6,370 nucleotides of DNA, taken from NCBI GenBank assembly GCA_003345555.1, contig PRDJ01000045.1:1-6370 (forward strand), read 5' to 3'. The translations under genes and the position numbers were made by a program. The notes under the pieces are model-generated. The model had not been told where the DNA came from. It did not search any database and saw only the letters and a list, made by a program, of their open reading frames with translations. Within the stretch, counting starts at the first letter, position 1. Each line of letters starts with the position of its first letter. The stretch is from Candidatus Thorarchaeota archaeon (GTDB lineage Archaea; Asgardarchaeota; Thorarchaeia; Thorarchaeales; Thorarchaeaceae). Shown piece after piece: positions 5,436-6,370 of this stretch.

Positions 5436-6370
5436 CTGTAAGTCTCCCACTCTTTATCCCAAGGAACAATGGACCTTGTTGCATTAACTACTGCATGAAT
5501 GTTGTCCTCCGGCGCGTCAATCGGAATCACGCAGCCGGGCGCAACAACCAATCGCTCAAGTCCAGCGGATCTTATTGCCTCTAGGACCTTCTCTTTTGCT
5601 TCATCTGGAGTGCCGGTCCTCAGTACACCATTATGGTCAATGCCACCAAACACTGCCATTCTTGACTGGTTCTTCATCTGTTTCAACGTAGGAGCTACGC
5701 TCTGATCCGCCCAGTTCAGACCATCCAAGGTGGGTATTCGTGAAAGCCGCTCAAATCGGATTCGCTTGTCTTCGACTCCAGAATGAAGATGCATCAGGAT
5801 GAGCCCGGCCTTGCGCCTCAGTTTGGACAACACCTTGAGGTCGTATGGCAGAACGAACTCGTCGTACTGCCTGTCAGTGACAGCTTCGTACGTTCCGTGC
5901 TGTGAGGCGAGGAAAATACCATCCGCACCCGCATCAATAGTAGCGCGGGCAAAATCAACCATTACACCCGTTATGAGTTCGAGTGCGCTTTTCATAATGT
6001 CTGGATTCTTGTCCATGTACTCCTTCAGCTTTCCTTTGCATAGTAGGTCCGCCACCATCGGAGGATCGAACACAGTAGCCAATGTGGGCACGCGGGCTTG
6101 CGCATACGCATGTATGAGTTGGACGGCCTGGACCTGTTTGCCAAACTCCCCAGTATTGACGTCCAAGGGTTCGAGTGTCTCCCAGTCAGCAGATGAGCAA
6201 ACGGCACAGTTGTCGCATTTGGTGGACCCAGTAATCCCCCCGTCATAGACCGGTGCGCAACCCCAGTCGACGACCGGATAACAACTGTGAAAGGATATCT
6301 TGATGATGTCATGGTCGAACGTTCTGTGCAGTGCTATCTCGGCTTCTGCAAGCCCCTCTGGAGTGCGGTC
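5432..6370 (-). CDS. Uroporphyrinogen-decarboxylase-like (URO-D/MtaA/CmuA superfamily) protein, 5'-truncated by the window edge
   Basis: The frame is open from 6370 to TGA at 5432, so the track's TTG start at 6166 is internal. Reads DRTPEGLAEAEIALHRTFDHDIIKISFH...DWETLEPLDVNTGEFGKQ...DAGADGIFLA...ILMHLHSG...DGLNW...VFGGID...GTPDE...LVVAPGCVIPIDAPEDNI, typical URO-D-like TIM-barrel motifs. HemE versus methyltransferase function is not resolvable. Confidence 0.88.
   Translation of the reverse strand, partial: DRTPEGLAEAEIALHRTFDHDIIKISFHSCYPVVDWGCAPVYDGGITGSTKCDNCAVCSSADWETLEPLDVNTGEFGKQVQAVQLIHAYAQARVPTLATVFDPPMVADLLCKGKLKEYMDKNPDIMKSALELITGVMVDFARATIDAGADGIFLASQHGTYEAVTDRQYDEFVLPYDLKVLSKLRRKAGLILMHLHSGVEDKRIRFERLSRIPTLDGLNWADQSVAPTLKQMKNQSRMAVFGGIDHNGVLRTGTPDEAKEKVLEAIRSAGLERLVVAPGCVIPIDAPEDNIHAVVNATRSIVPWDKEWETYR

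Noticed and set aside
5975-5984. GAGTTCGAGT matching the tRNA T-arm (3104-3113), a possible att-site duplicate
   Set aside because: Only 10 nt, inside an intact coding frame, and there is no integrase or longer tRNA 3' repeat in the window.
1230-6312. Remaining short track ORFs overlapping pyrH, the wHTH gene, the hydrolase, polX and the URO-D-like gene
   Set aside because: Antisense or alternate-frame shadows of well-supported genes, with no independent motifs.

Overview
Archaeal chromosomal window, judged from the archaeal-type ValRS and UMP kinase, a tRNA with a bulge-helix-bulge intron, TATA boxes and GGTGA/GGAGG ribosome-binding sites. An Asgard or related lineage is possible but cannot be established from this window. 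Left to right: the 5' part of valS (minus, runs off the left edge and is missed by the ORF track); a divergent pyrH plus winged-HTH regulator pair; a convergent alpha/beta hydrolase; tRNA-Leu(CAA) with a 33-nt intron; a ~590-bp gap with no credible ORF in the track; polX (PolX-PHP); and a URO-D/MtaA-like gene that runs off the right edge and overlaps the polX start (ATGA). The most interesting signal is in the gap after the tRNA. The minus strand there carries a TATA box, three tandem 32-40 aa ORFs and a pyrimidine/T-rich end. The first two ORFs end in AGG-TGA, which doubles as the Shine-Dalgarno site of the next ORF, and they share a C-terminal motif. This looks like an unannotated microprotein operon of unknown function.
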